A stretch of 63,922 nucleotides of DNA, filler included, from Octopus bimaculoides (Eukaryota): assembly GCF_001194135.2 (NCBI RefSeq). It is 6 parts of 6 records of this genome, joined end to end, with 100 filler letters (N's around TTAATTAATTAA, not from the genome) between each part and the next. Parts side by side here need not be neighbours in the genome. Positions count along the whole stretch, not along the records: positions 1 to 12,116 come from NC_068989.1; 5 more parts are not named here. One strand, 5' to 3'. The translations under genes and the position numbers were made by a program. The first letter of the stretch is position 1. Every line of letters starts with the position of its first letter. The notes under the pieces were generated by a model that was not told the DNA's origin, did no database searches, and was given only the letters and a program-made list of their open reading frames with translations. Positions 1 through 12,172 of this stretch are shown here, piece by piece.

Positions 1-410
1 CTGTCTATTTTACATAGTTCGTTTAGTGTCCAGTTAAGGATGTTGTAGCTGTAGCTTATAACTGGGACAGCTAAAGTGTTGATACCCATTATCTTGTTTT
101 TAGCATTGAGCTCTGTTTTTAGTATTGATCTAACTCGTCTATAGTACTCTTTCTTTATTTTTTCTTTCATTTGTGTATGTTGTATCCTATCTAGTTCATT
201 GACTCCTAAATACTTATATGGTTGGCTTTCGTCTAGTTCTCTTATTTCATTGGCTTTATCTAGTGTTATATTGCTACTTTTAACTAATTTTCCTCTTTTC
301 AGGGTTGCTTTGGCACATTTTTCTAATCCGAATTTCATGTCTATTTCCTTGGTAAAGCCGTGTACTGTCTGTAGTAGTGTTTCTAGCTCTTTGTCGTTAG
401 TATAGAAGAG
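1..410 (-). mobile_element. R4/Dong-like non-LTR retrotransposon, RT C-terminal/thumb fragment (5'-truncated, runs off window edge)
   Basis: My minus-strand translation is stop-free: LFYTNDKELETLLQTVHGFTKEIDMKFGLEKCAKATLKRGK...SQPYKYLGVNE...KEYYRRVRSILKTELNAKNKIMGINTLAVPVISYSYNILNWTLNELCKID. FGLEKC and YKYLG are typical post-YxDD motifs of RLE-type LINEs. Clade assignment is from recall. Confidence 0.85.
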
Positions 411-2194
411 ACGAAGTTGAAAATGCACGGAGAACATATTCGAATTAGAATTGAATTATATATTACTATACAGGAATACACTTGACCGGTTTCACATGAA
501 ATTTTCAAAACTCTATAGTATATAGAGCAGCATCGCGAATTATGTCTGTATATATTATATCGTATCATATCCTATTATATTTTATTATGCTATGTTAGTT
601 TATATTATGTTATATTATATTACATGTATGGAAATTTGGGGGAAATGGTTAATGTCGAGGGTTTCTAGTGAATATATTTCTTAACCCGATATTTACCCGC
701 CATTATTTATGCCTTTCTGTCTGTTTCAAGATGCAACCATGCAACAAAAGAATTATTTCACTTTCTTAAAATTTTTAAAATTCGTATGTCGTCAACAATC
801 TCTTTCTCTCTTTCGCCATCCTCCTCTCTCTCACTCTCACTCTCTTTATCTCTCGCTCTCTCACTCTCTCTCTCTCCCACTCTCTCTCTCTCTGTATATA
901 TATATNNNNNNNNNNNNNNNNNNNNNNNNNNNNNNNNNNNNNNNNNNNNNNNNNNNNNNNNNNNNNNNNNNNNNNNNNNNNNNNNNNNNNNNNNNNNNNN
1001 NNNNNNNNNNNNNNNNNNNNNNNNNNNNNNNNNNNNNNNNNNNNNNNNNNNNNNNNNNNNNNNNNNNNNNNNNNNNNNNNNNNNNNNNNNNNNNNNNNNN
1101 NNNNNNNNNNNNNNNNNNNNNNNNNNNNNNNNNNNNNNNNNNNNNNNNNNNNNNNNNNNNNNNNNNNNNNNNNNNNNNNNNNNNNNNNNNNNNNNNNNNN
1201 NNNNNNNNNNNNNNNNNNNNNNNNNNNNNNNNNNNNNNNNNNNNNNNNNNNNNNNNNNNNNNNNNNNNNNNNNNNNNNNNNNNNNNNNNNNNNNNNNNNN
1301 NNNNNNNNNNNNNNNNNNNNNNNNNNNNNNNNNNNNNNNNNNNNNNNNNNNNNNNNNNNNNNNNNNNNNNNNNNNNNNNNNNNNNNNNNNNNNNNNNNNN
1401 NNNNNNNNNNNNNNNNNNNNNNNNNNNNNNNNNNNNNNNNNNNNNNNNNNNNNNNNNNNNNNNNNNNNNNNNNNNNNNNNNATATATATATATATATATA
1501 TATATACATACATCTATTGAAAATTATATTAGTTCCTTTCTATAGAGTAACAAATTAATTTTTGATTTTGTAAATAGCATTATTTTCAATGGCGAGGAAG
1601 CTTTGCAATGTTGAGAAGCAATACAGTGTTCCTCTGGTAAATCAAAATCGTTTTGTACAGAAATAATAAAACTAATAACATTCATATTCATCGCAGTGTA
1701 TTTATAATGCGTTTGTTTTGCTACTACTTAACGCTGTTAACTCTTTTCACCTCAATGTTATATACTCCAAAATATGAATGGCTTCTCGTCCTTTCACTTT
1801 CCTGCAACAACTATTTCGCTCTGCAGCAGTTTTTTCGCTCTGGCAACTATGAAATGTCTATCTCTTTCTATAGCATATACAGTACCATATATGTAGAGAT
1901 ATGAAGGAATATGTATGTATGTATGCGGGAGAGCGTATCTACTAAGTTATTTTCCTAATTGTTTCAGTAAAGGATATAAATGCTAGACTTTAACTTTTCC
2001 CAATCATTTTTTATCGATTGACCCCTGTGGTTTCCATTTTGTTTAATGGACCCCAGTAATTTGGTGTTTAAAAATCCTATCATATTTTTATAATTCGATA
2101 TTATTAGGATCTGTCTAAAAAAAATGTCAAAATATTTTCTCTATTGCACAAGTACAACCAATTTACTGCACATAAATTTTAGCAACAAAATCTT

Positions 2195-2424
2195 ATTTCT
2201 TCATTGCCCACAAGGGGCTAAACATAGAGGGGACAAACAAGGACAGACAAAGGGATTAAGTCGATTACATCGACCCCAGTGTGTAACTGGTACTTAATTT
2301 ATCGATCCCGAAAGGATGAAAGGCAAAGTCGACATCGGCAGAATTTGAACTCAGAACGTAAACGGCAGACGAAGTACCGCTAAGCATTTCGCCCGGCATG
2401 CTAACGTTTCTGCTAGTTCGCCGC
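2195..2424 (-). mobile_element. tRNA-derived SINE family A, full length, with 18-bp TSD
   Basis: Head reads GCGGCGAACTAGCAGAAACGTTAGCA with B-box GAGTTCAAATTC. Perfect flanking direct repeat TTTTAGCAACAAAATCTT at 2177-2194 and 2425-2442. Confidence 0.92.
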
Positions 2425-2788
2425 TTTTAGCAACAAAATCTTGTGGAACCCCAAGGGTCATATGAACACCGGCTGCCAGCCATTGAGCTAGAAGTTCAAA
2501 AATTAACTTTAAATAAGGGCTGCTGATTATGTTGTGGACTGGAGCCAGATGTTTTGCCCTGTCTCACAAGGATTATTTATACCGCTCTACTAAATAATTG
2601 AGAAGCACAGAAATGATGATTCTTCATCTCTTTATCGTATTATTATCTCTAAACACATAACTTTATTCTTCATTCTACTCTACTTCTTTTCCTTATAATC
2701 TGACCATGGAAAAAGTATTGTAATTTGTAGTCAGCTTGTCATATTTTTCTGATTGTGAGAGTATCTTTCTCTTTATTTAAATTATTTC

Positions 2789-2909
2789 CATTTGACGGAT
2801 ATATGTCCTCATCTTGTTTGTTGTTAACACAACGTTTCGGGTGATACACCCTCCAGCTTTCATCAGGTGTCTTGGGGAAATTTCATTCCTAAGGTATTTT
2901 TCGATGTTG

Positions 2910-2968
<59 letters not shown>

Positions 2969-3172
2969 TTATGTTTGACTTTTGTTTTGCATTTGTACAA
3001 GTTGGATCCAAGTCTCACCCAGAGACCTCAAGAGACAACAAGTTAGAAGCTCATGTAGGTGTTGTACCTAGGGTACCATATATTTGGATTTGTACAGTTT
3101 TGTTCTAGTGAATGTTTAAGAAACAATAAGAAAATTATGTTTGTTTTAAAATTTGAGATCACATAGACAGTA

Positions 3173-3248
<76 letters not shown>

Positions 3249-3324
3249 TAGGTCACTGCCTGGAATCAAACTGCGAATCTTGGGGTTCGTAGCCCGCGCT
3301 CTTAACCACTACGCCATACGCCCG
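2789..3324 (-). mobile_element. Family D SINE (tRNA head + (TAA)n + hammerhead-like tail), copy A, interrupted by a LINE 3' end
   Basis: Head GGGCGTATGGCGTAGTGGTTAAGAGCGCGGGC; tail GACACCTGATGAAAGCTGGAGGGTGTATCACCCGAAACGTTGTGTT. Matches copies at 24149-25074 and 44344-44490. Confidence 0.85.
2969..3174 (-). mobile_element. Probable R4/Dong-like LINE terminal fragment (last codons + 3'UTR) inserted in (TAA)n
   Basis: Minus strand reads AAA ATA CTG TCT ATG TGA (KILSM*), then a UTR containing CTTGAGGTCTCTGGGTGAGACTTGG, ending in (TAA)n. Flanked on both sides by TAA repeats, the known Dong target. Confidence 0.6.
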
Positions 3325-3560
3325 TGATGAAGGCTGAAGGGTATACGTTTACGCACTTTGACATGAATATACACGAACGCACGATAAATGTAGTACTCAA
3401 TAAATGTTTTAAAGTTGATTCTTCATTGAAAGCTGGTGATCTTGTTCATCGATAGCCAGAGGTTCGTACCACCCACAGACACACACGCAGAGAGACACAC
3501 GCACACACACACGCACAACCATTCATATATCCATATATATATATATCCAATATATATATA

Positions 3561-3870
3561 TTCTTTTATTCTTTTATTTGTTTCAGTCGTATTGATTGCG
3601 ACCATGCAGGAGGCACCGCCTATTTTGTCAAACAAATCGATCCCAGGACTTATAGTTTGTCAGCCTGGTACTTATTCTATTTCTCTTTTGCCGAATCGCT
3701 AAGTTACGGGGACGTAGACACACCAACGTCGGTTGTCAAGTGATGGTGGAAAGTCAAACAGACCTGAAGCTACAGTAGAATACATTTGTCTAAGGTTCCA
3801 CACAGTGGGACTGAACCCGGAACCATTTAGTTGGGAAGCAAGCTTCTTACCACACAGCTATGGCTGCGCT
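3561..3870 (-). mobile_element. tRNA-derived SINE family B (internally deleted)
   Basis: Head GCGCAGCCATAGCTGTGTGGTAAGAAGCTTGCTTCCCAAC...GGTTCAGTCCCACTG and tail ...GACTGAAACAAATAAAAG, shared with many other copies. Confidence 0.85.
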
Positions 3871-3948
3871 TATAACCACGGCTGCGCCTATAACCACGCC
3901 TGCACATATGACCACACCTGCGCCTATATATACATTTATACATATATA

Positions 3949-4006
<58 letters not shown>

Positions 4007-4497
4007 CATATATGTCTAAGCGTCAGTGCATATATCTACTGGAACGATCTCAGCTACGACACGGCGGCCATCTTCTTTAAACGTTTAGACACAATTCGGC
4101 GCCATTTATACGCCATTTGTCTCCCATTTTAGTTGCGTTTATTTATTTTTCAACTCCTTCAATCACCTCCTGTTCCCTCCTACACCCTCCCTCCCGTCGC
4201 CTCTCCCCTTCTTATCAGATGGCTAAACTATAATAGTGGGTATTAATAGTTCTGCCTGACTAGTTGGCTTCGTCTACATCTTCACCATGGTTATCAACGC
4301 ATTTGTCATCGTCGCCGTCGTCAGAAAGATGTTGATCAGAAAAAAAGGAGAGGGGACAGGGAATAGGATAATCACACTGATGATGGTAATTATGATGATA
4401 ATGATGATGATGATAATGATGACGATGATAAATATCGTTGAATTCTTCGTTGATTGATCTTCTAGATTAGTATCCAAACTTCCTTTAAATCACTCAC

Positions 4498-4546
4498 TGT
4501 TTGTCGCAAAGCCCCGAGGGGACCGTAGGACGACTTGAAGTTCCTG
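4498..4546 (-). CDS. Candidate internal micro-exon (unknown gene)
   Basis: Minus strand TTTTCTAACAG|CAG|GAAC...ACAAACA|GTGAGT. GC-rich 49 nt (46 nt with the alternative NAGNAG acceptor), open in all three frames. Splice signals only. Confidence 0.25.
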
Positions 4547-4639
4547 CTGTTAGAAAATTATCGCGATGATCATGGTTGGAAAGCCGTTGTCGTCTTCATC
4601 GAAAGGCGTGCTCCATCATGGCTGACCAGGAGTGATGAT

Positions 4640-4935
4640 TGGAAGCATCCACAATAAAGCCAACATCAACCTCATCATCATCAGCAACAACAGCACCATC
4701 AGCAGTAGCAGCAGCAGTAACACCGCCTCCACCATCACCACCACCACCACCATCACCATCCTCCTCCCCACCACCACTATCATCATCCCGTCCACCATCG
4801 TCTTCATCCTCAGCATCCTTAACGTCGTCTCCTCCTCTTCAAGATTATCTTTTCCATCACCAACGTCGCCGTCGTCATCGTTTTCATCACTCATCATTCT
4901 CATATCATCATCATCATCATCACCATCACCATCAC

Positions 4936-4967
<32 letters not shown>

Positions 4968-4974
4968 CCACCAC

Positions 4975-5005
<31 letters not shown>

Positions 5006-5400
5006 GTCATTATCACAGTCCTCCTCATTAGCACCATCACCATCATTACCATCACCAACACATTGCTGCCCTTCTTCCTGTCCCCTTCCCCCTCTTCCAA
5101 ATACCAACCGCTCCTCTTCCCCTTCTCCTTCCCTTCACCTCCCTCTTCATCCTTCTCCTCCTCCTCCGCTTCCTCCTCCNNNNNNNNNNNNNNNNNNNNN
5201 NNNNNNNNNNNNNNNNNNNNNNNNCCTTCCTCTTACTCCTCCTCCACCTCCTCCTCCTCCTCATCATCATCGTTACCTCTAGCGCCACTACCATCAACAC
5301 CACCACCACCGCCGCCACCAACAAAACCACCACCTACACCACTAAAACCACCATCACCACCACCACCACCACCACCACCACAATCGCGGTGATCATCATC
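4640..5400. repeat. Compound triplet microsatellite (CAT/CAC/CCT/CCA)n
   Basis: Directly visible; source of the poly-H/S/D/P ORFs. Confidence 0.9.
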
Positions 5401-5783
5401 GTCACGCTATGGTTAATTACCTCGTTAGTACCACTTGTCTACTGCTTCAATCAATTAAGTATTATTTTGCTAATTTTCACGTCGCTATTTTCCTACACTA
5501 GACTAGTTTCATAGATTCTGATGGTTGACCTTTGACATGCGAAGTTCACACACATTTATTTTTGTTAAATGACAGAAATTTAAGGCTGTTGCATAATCTT
5601 ATACGCCTCATCATCTCTGTTGATGATTCTTCTGTGTATGTATATATTTACGAATGTGTAAATGTGTGTGTGCGTGCGNNNNNNNNNNNNNNNNNNNNNN
5701 NNNNNNNNNNNNNNNNNNNNNNNNNNNNNNNNNNNNNNNNNNNNNNNNNNNNNNNNNNNNNNNNNNNNNNNNNNNNNNTATGT

Positions 5784-6070
5784 GGCAGGAGTGGCTGTGT
5801 GGTAAGTTGCTTGCTAACCAACCACATGGTTCCGGGTTCAGTCCCACTGCGTGATATCTTGGGCATGTGTCTTTCAACTATAGCATCGGGCCGACAAAAA
5901 CCTTCTGTGTGGATTTGGTAGACGGAAACTGAAAGAAGCACGTCATATATATGTATATATATATATATATATGTGTGTGTGTTTGTGTGTATGTGTTCGT
6001 GTGTCTGTGTTTGCCCCCCCCCCCATAACATCGCTTGACAATCAATAGTGGTGTGTTTACGTCCCCGTAA
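5784..6070 (+). mobile_element. SINE family B, 3'-truncated
   Basis: GGCAGGAGTGGCTGTGTGGTAAG...GGGTTCAGTCCCACTGCGTG, internal (TA)/(TG) tract, then CATCGCTTGACAA. Confidence 0.88.
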
Positions 6071-6290
6071 ATATATATTGATATGTAAGAGAGTTATGTG
6101 TGTAAGCACACATGAGCATAGACACAGAGAAAGAGAGACTGTTAGAAGGAGAGACAGCGAGTGAAGGACAGAACAAGAGAAACATTGAGAGGCCGGGTGT
6201 GAAATTTCAGCGACAAATCAGCGACACCAAATAGGGAGCACGTAAACGGCTGCGAGGAAATGTCGCATACCTCTAATATATGTGTGTAAA

Positions 6291-6518
6291 GGCAGCGAGC
6301 TGGCAGCACCGTTAGCACGCCGGGCGAAATGCTTAGCGGTATTTCGTCTGCCGTTACGTTCTGAGCTCGAATTCCGGCGAGGTCTAATTTGCCTTTTCAT
6401 CCTTTCGGCGGTCGATAAATTAAGTACCAGTTACGTACTGGCGTCGATGTAATCGACTTAAACACTTTGTCAGCGTTTTTCCCCTCTATGTTTATCTCCT
6501 TGTGGGCAATAAATAAAT
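6291..6518 (+). mobile_element. SINE family A, full length
   Basis: GGCAGCGAGCTGGCAG...GGGCAATAAATAAAT; AATATATGTGTGT occurs on both sides as a possible TSD. Confidence 0.9.
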
Positions 6519-6520
6519 AA

Positions 6521-6563
<43 letters not shown>

Positions 6564-6608
6564 TGCGCGCAGTTGATCCTACCCTGAAAAGAGAAATGTG
6601 ATACTTTC

Positions 6609-6739
6609 TACAGGGTGTCCACAAGGTCTGGGTACATGGAGTAAATAAGATCATAACATAAGCAATTAAATATAAGAAATAATAATTTCTTAAAGTATGC
6701 GTTAATCCCCATGTACCCAGACTTTGTGGACACCCTGTA
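6609..6739. mobile_element. Tc1/mariner-type MITE
   Basis: 31-bp termini TACAGGGTGTCCACAAGGTCTGGGTACATGG and CCATGTACCCAGACTTTGTGGACACCCTGTA are inverted with one mismatch; TA at both ends. Confidence 0.9.
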
Positions 6740-7359
6740 CATTGCTAGCATACTGCACCTGTTGTCTCACGTGATTTTTTGATCTTCGTTTGAAAATCTT
6801 AATACTTTGCCAGTGAAATATACGCGATTCGTTTAGTCGTTGGCGGTTATGTATCTAAGACTATGTACTTTTGCTGACAATATATGATATAATGAGACAT
6901 AGGTGAGAAACAGTCTCAGACGTAACGCTTCATCAACAAACTTATGCGCCTGCGCAAATACTCAGGTACTCAAAAACGTACTCACGCACATATGTATATA
7001 TATATATATATATATNNNNNNNNNNNNNNNNNNNNNNNNNNNNNNNNNNNNNNNNNNNNNNNNNNNNNNNNNNNNNNNNNNNNNNNNNNNNNNNNNNNNN
7101 NNNNNNNNNNNNNNNNNNNNNNNNNNNNNNNNNNNNNNNNNNNNNNNNNNNNNNNNNNNNNNNNNNNNNNNNNNNNNNNNNNNNNNNNNNNNNNNNNNNN
7201 NNNNNNNNNNNNNNNNNNNNNNNNNNNNNNNNNNNNNNNNNNNNNNNNNNNNNNNTATATATATATATATATATATATATACGCAAATATATATATAAAT
7301 ATATACACACACATATATATATGTATACATGCATACATATATTTATATATATACATATA

Positions 7360-7401
<42 letters not shown>

Positions 7402-7516
7402 CTACACAAATGATATATACTCATGTGTATACATACATGGATACATATATACATACATACATACGTACATACATATATATATGTATACTCACACTTCTAT
7501 TTATACATACAAACAT

Positions 7517-7549
<33 letters not shown>

Positions 7550-7826
7550 TGCACACACACACACAAACACACACACACACTTGCGTATATGAATAATTCA
7601 ATTCTTGATAAACACCACAAACACCAAGAGAATCGTTAGAAAGTAATCAACAAAGTGTTTTCTTTTTCTTTTGCAGATAAGACAAATAAACAATGGAGAA
7701 AGTGAAACAAGCGAGTAATAAGGAAGACGCCATATCATCTAATAAGAGATATTGAATGGCAGACACTTTACACGAGTTCTTTTTGATTTTAACTACTTGG
7801 CACATTTAAAAATTAGTCAACGCGCC

Positions 7827-7880
7827 TATTGTTGGTTGCACCACGTGCTAGAAATAGGAGTCAAAATATCTCGCTGAAAA
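7827..7880 (+). repeat. Short dispersed repeat (TTGGTTGC...GCTAGAAATAGCAG-CAAA), possibly a LINE 3'UTR fragment
   Basis: Similar motifs at about 28847-28890, 29111-29160, 48095-48135 and 58288-58345. LINE origin is inference. Confidence 0.4.
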
Positions 7881-8343
7881 CTACACCAAAACATCTTGTA
7901 TTTCTTTTTTCTGTTAACTGCGGTCTCTGATATATTATAGTTAATAAAATGAAGGAATGAAGGTCGTGCTTTTTCTTCTCTGAAGCGACCGGCACGTTGT
8001 CTTCTTGTGTAAAACACTCTAAATGAAGTTTAGGAATAGCTGAGAAGTTAACTCTGCGGCGCAGGGGCAATCTGCTATGTGAGACCTTAGTAATTTCAGT
8101 TACCCGTGAGCCATGGAGGGCGGGTTAACTTCTCACCTTGTGACTCGTATGATCCAAGACTACAAAGAAAAATTAAACAAAACATAGAAGGAAGCAATAA
8201 CACAAATTTCCCCAATTGCTACCCTAACGCAGGGGTGGGGAAACTTTTTAATGCGGTGGGCAAAAATTTCTAGAGAAAAAGGTCCGCAGTGGATCACAAC
8301 TTTTGACTCTTATATCTGGGTAAATCTTGTATATACTCTTAGT

Positions 8344-8605
8344 CTTTTACACTTTTACTTGTTTCAGCCATTTGACTGCGACTATACTGGAGCACCGCCT
8401 ATAGTTGAACAAATGAACCCCAGGACTTATTCTTTGTAAGCCTAGTACTTATTCTATCGGTGTCTTTTGCCGAACCGCTAAGTAACGGGGGCGTAAACAC
8501 ACCAGCATCAGTTGTCAAGCGATGTTGGGTGGGGACAAACACAGACACACAAACATATACACACACATACATACATGCATACACACACACACACANNNNN
8601 NNNNN

Positions 8606-8681
<76 letters not shown>

Positions 8682-8843
8682 GACAGGCTTCTTTCAGTTT
8701 CCGTCTACCAAATCTACTCACAAAGCTTTGGTCGGTCCAAGGCTATAATAGAAGACACGTTCGCAAGGTGCCACGCAGTGGGACTGAGCCCGGATCCATA
8801 TGGTTGGTAAGCAAGCTACTTACCACACAGCCACTCCTCCGCC
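8344..8843 (-). mobile_element. SINE family B, full length
   Basis: Complete head, internal (TA)n/(TG)n and tail on the minus strand. Confidence 0.9.
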
Positions 8844-11225
8844 AATTATCCATATATCTATGGATAATTCGATATACATCAATAAAGATTAACATTCTCA
8901 TTAACCCCACTACGAAATTTAGGATGTTTATATTGCTTGTCAGGTATTCTATATTTTTCAGCTAGAGTGTTGTTGGGTCTCAAAGGGGTGGTACAAATCT
9001 AACAATATGTGTTTTATAGTGATAACAAAATTTCTATTGAAATGGCAATTATCAGATGATTTTCTGTTTGAGTCAAACAATTTTAAGTTGTACTGGAAAC
9101 GCAAACTGTGTCGCAAATAGGCGTACGGATATTGTATAAATTTTATTATTGAAAAATTTATTATGTTTTGTACATACGAGTATACCAGCCTGAGGGCGCA
9201 ATAAGATGGTCTCGCGGACGCAGATAGCCCCCTGGGCGGGGTTTTCTACACGCCTGCTCTAACGCAAGGATTTATGATAGTTGCGCTGCAAGCGATATTT
9301 TAGCTTGCGACATATTTTCAAATAAATAATCTTGTATGTGTGAAAAATCCGTCAAAACGATCGATCTTTCTCCTGTATGTAATATAACAATCCTAGCAGT
9401 GTGGTGTTTCTCTTCCGCTCACATTGTCACTTGTTTCAATAATATATATATATGCATATGCATGAATATATATATGCATATATATATATATANNNNNNNN
9501 NNNNNNNNNNNNNNNNNNNNNNNNNNNNNNNNNNNNNNNNNNNNNNNNNNNNNNNNNNNNNNNNNNNNNNNNNNNNNNNNNNNNNNNNNNNNNNNNNNNN
9601 NNNNNNNNNNNNNNNNNNNNNNNNNNNNNNNNNNNNNNNNNNNNNNNNNNNNNNNNNNNNNNNNNNNNNNNNNNNNNNNNNNNNNNNNNNNNNNNNNNNN
9701 NNNNNNNNNNNNNNNNNNNNNNNNNNNNNNNNNNNNNNNNNNNNNNNNNNNNNNNNNNNNNNNNNNNNNNNNNNNNNNNNNNNNNNNNNNNNNNNNNNNN
9801 NNNNNNNNNNNNNNNNNNNNNNNNNNNNNNNNNNNNNNNNNNNNNNNNNNNNNNNNNNNNNNNNNNNNNNNNNNNNNNNNNNNNNNNNNNNNNNNNNNNN
9901 NNNNNNNNNNNNNNNNNNNNNNNNNNNNNNNNNNNNNNNNNNNNNNNNNNNNNNNNNNNNNNNNNNNNNNNNNNNNNNNNNNNNNNNNNNNNNNNNNNNN
10001 NNNNNNNNNNNNNNNNNNNNNNNNNNNNNNNNNNNNNNNNNNNNNNNNNNNNNNNNNNNNNNNNNNNNNNNNNNNNNNNNNNNNNNNNNNNNNNNNNNNN
10101 NNNNNNNNNNNNNNNNNNNNNNNNNNNNNNNNNNNNNNNNNNNNNNNNNNNNNNNNNNNNNNNNNNNNNNNNNNNNNNNNNNNNNNNNNNNNNNNNNNNN
10201 NNNNNNNNNNNNNNNNNNNNNNNNNNNNNNNNNNNNNNNNNNNNNNNNNNNNNNNNNNNNNNNNNNNNNNNNNNNNNNNNNNNNNNNNNNNNNNNNNNNN
10301 NNNNNNNNNNNNNNNNNNNNNNNNNNNNNNNNNNNNNNNNNNNNNATATTTATATATACTCACATATAAACACACACATATACGACAGGCGCCCACAATA
10401 ACTTTTCCCTAATCCATTCAAAAAATATTCTTCGACTGTACCAGTAGGCGCTTGCGCAATGTGCTCCGCAGCAGGACTGAACCCGAAACTGCGCAGTTAC
10501 AAAGAGAATGTCTTAACCCCACAGCCATGCCTGCACCAGGCAAAAAACTTTACAGAGATGCCAGGGATCGAACCATAGTCTAAATATTATATTTAACATA
10601 TATTTTCCAACTTTCAATTCGAATATACACCAGTAAGATTTCATTGGATATCCAGTGTCCCACAATATCTGACAGATTAAGACGTATTCTTACAGTGTCT
10701 TAACAAAATAAAGTAACAAAAACCTGCACACTTTCATATAATCTCAGCGGGCCTGGTTTAGTCAAGAACCACGTCTGGAAAATAAGCAAAATACCTAGAG
10801 TTGGTAGTTGGTTGGTTTGTTGGTTGGCTGGAATACTTTTGATGGTTGGTTATGTCTGATCAGACAAATCTGACCAACATCTGATAACCTTAAAATTATA
10901 ACTTTTATACAACTTTCCTCTAGGGAAAAAGAACAGCGTTCTAGCATCAATATCCGCAGCAACGTCCATCAAAAGCGTTGACAGTGTATGTAAGATATAT
11001 GAAATGCTGTCAAAATGGTGGCATGAACGTCGTGTTTTTGCCAAAGTACTATTATATTGAATAATGGAAGAAACGAAAATACTTTATAGACTTGTACATA
11101 TACAGGTAAAAAATACATAGAGAGTAATAACATATAAAATGTGTGATTAGCACGTTGAGTAATCCTAAATCCAAAAGGAAAGACTGATGTTTTGAATGGC
11201 AACTGCTTAAACGTTAGACTACCTA

Positions 11226-11393
11226 GGCGCAGGCATGGCTGTGTGGTAAGGAGCTTGCTTCGCAGTTCCCAACCACAGGTTCTGGGTTCAGTCCCACTGT
11301 GTGGCACTTTGCACAAGGGTCTTCTACGATAGCCTCGGGCTGACTAAACCCTTGTCATTGGATCTGGTAGACGGAAAATGAAAGAAGCCAGTC

Positions 11394-11442
<49 letters not shown>

Positions 11443-11635
11443 ATATATATGTTTGTCCCCCCTCGTCACTTGGCAACCGATGGTGGTGTGTTTATGTCTC
11501 CTGTAACTTACTGTTTTGGCAAAAGAGACTGAGAGAATAAGTACTAGGTTTACACAGAATAAATCTTGGGGTCGATTTCTTAGACTAACGGCGGTGCTCC
11601 AGTATGAACGCAATTAAATAACTGAAACAAGTTAT
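11226..11635 (+). mobile_element. SINE family B, full length
   Basis: GGCGCAGGCATGGCTGTGTGGTAAG head through GGCGGTGCTCCAGTATG...ACTGAAACAAG tail. Confidence 0.9.
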
Positions 11636-12160
11636 AGAATATATGTGTGTGTGTGTGTGTGTGCCTGCACTATACACATCCGCACACACGATCTCACACA
11701 AGGACATGTATGTACGTATTTACATATTAATATTTAAAAAAGATGAAAATGCCGAAGTTTTGGCATTTCTCGAAAAACGTTTGATTTGAACAGAGAATAT
11801 AAACATAGGGCAGATGGGTTTATGATAAAAAAAAATTAGGTAATGTCTCTTACAGCTGTTTCGAGAATAACCGGTCATGTGCATCATGGTATTGAGTAAC
11901 GATTCCATATGCTAAGTATACCGTCATCGGAAAGAAAGAAGCCAGGAAATATAAAAACGAGTTTGTCGGAAAATGAACGAAAGTTCAGAATGAACAGCGT
12001 GTGCTTTAGGTAATTCCGTGATAAAAATAAATAAAGTTATAGGTATACACCTATGCATCTACTAATGGCTGTACCAATAACTCTATTATTCGTTATTTAT
12101 TTATTTAATTATATATNNNNNNNNNNNNNNNNNNNNNNNNNNNNNNNNNNNNNNNNNNNN

Positions 12161-12172
12161 TTAATTAATTAA
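12161..12172. other. Artificial scaffold gap linker TTAATTAATTAA (also 34784-34795, 56496-56507, 59152-59163, 61167-61178)
   Basis: Identical 12-mer centred between about 44 Ns on each side, five times; gives stop codons in all six frames. Confidence 0.95.

Noticed and set aside
4616-5392. Poly-His/Ser/Asp/Pro ORFs on both strands
   Set aside because: Triplet microsatellite mosaic open in most frames.
7677-7714. Strong acceptor TTTTTCTTTTGCAG with short downstream frames
   Set aside because: Only weak donors (GTGAAA, GTAATA) and early stops; cannot define an exon.
12161-12172. Recurrent TTAATTAATTAA palindrome
   Set aside because: Always centred in 100-bp N blocks; an assembly linker, not biological.
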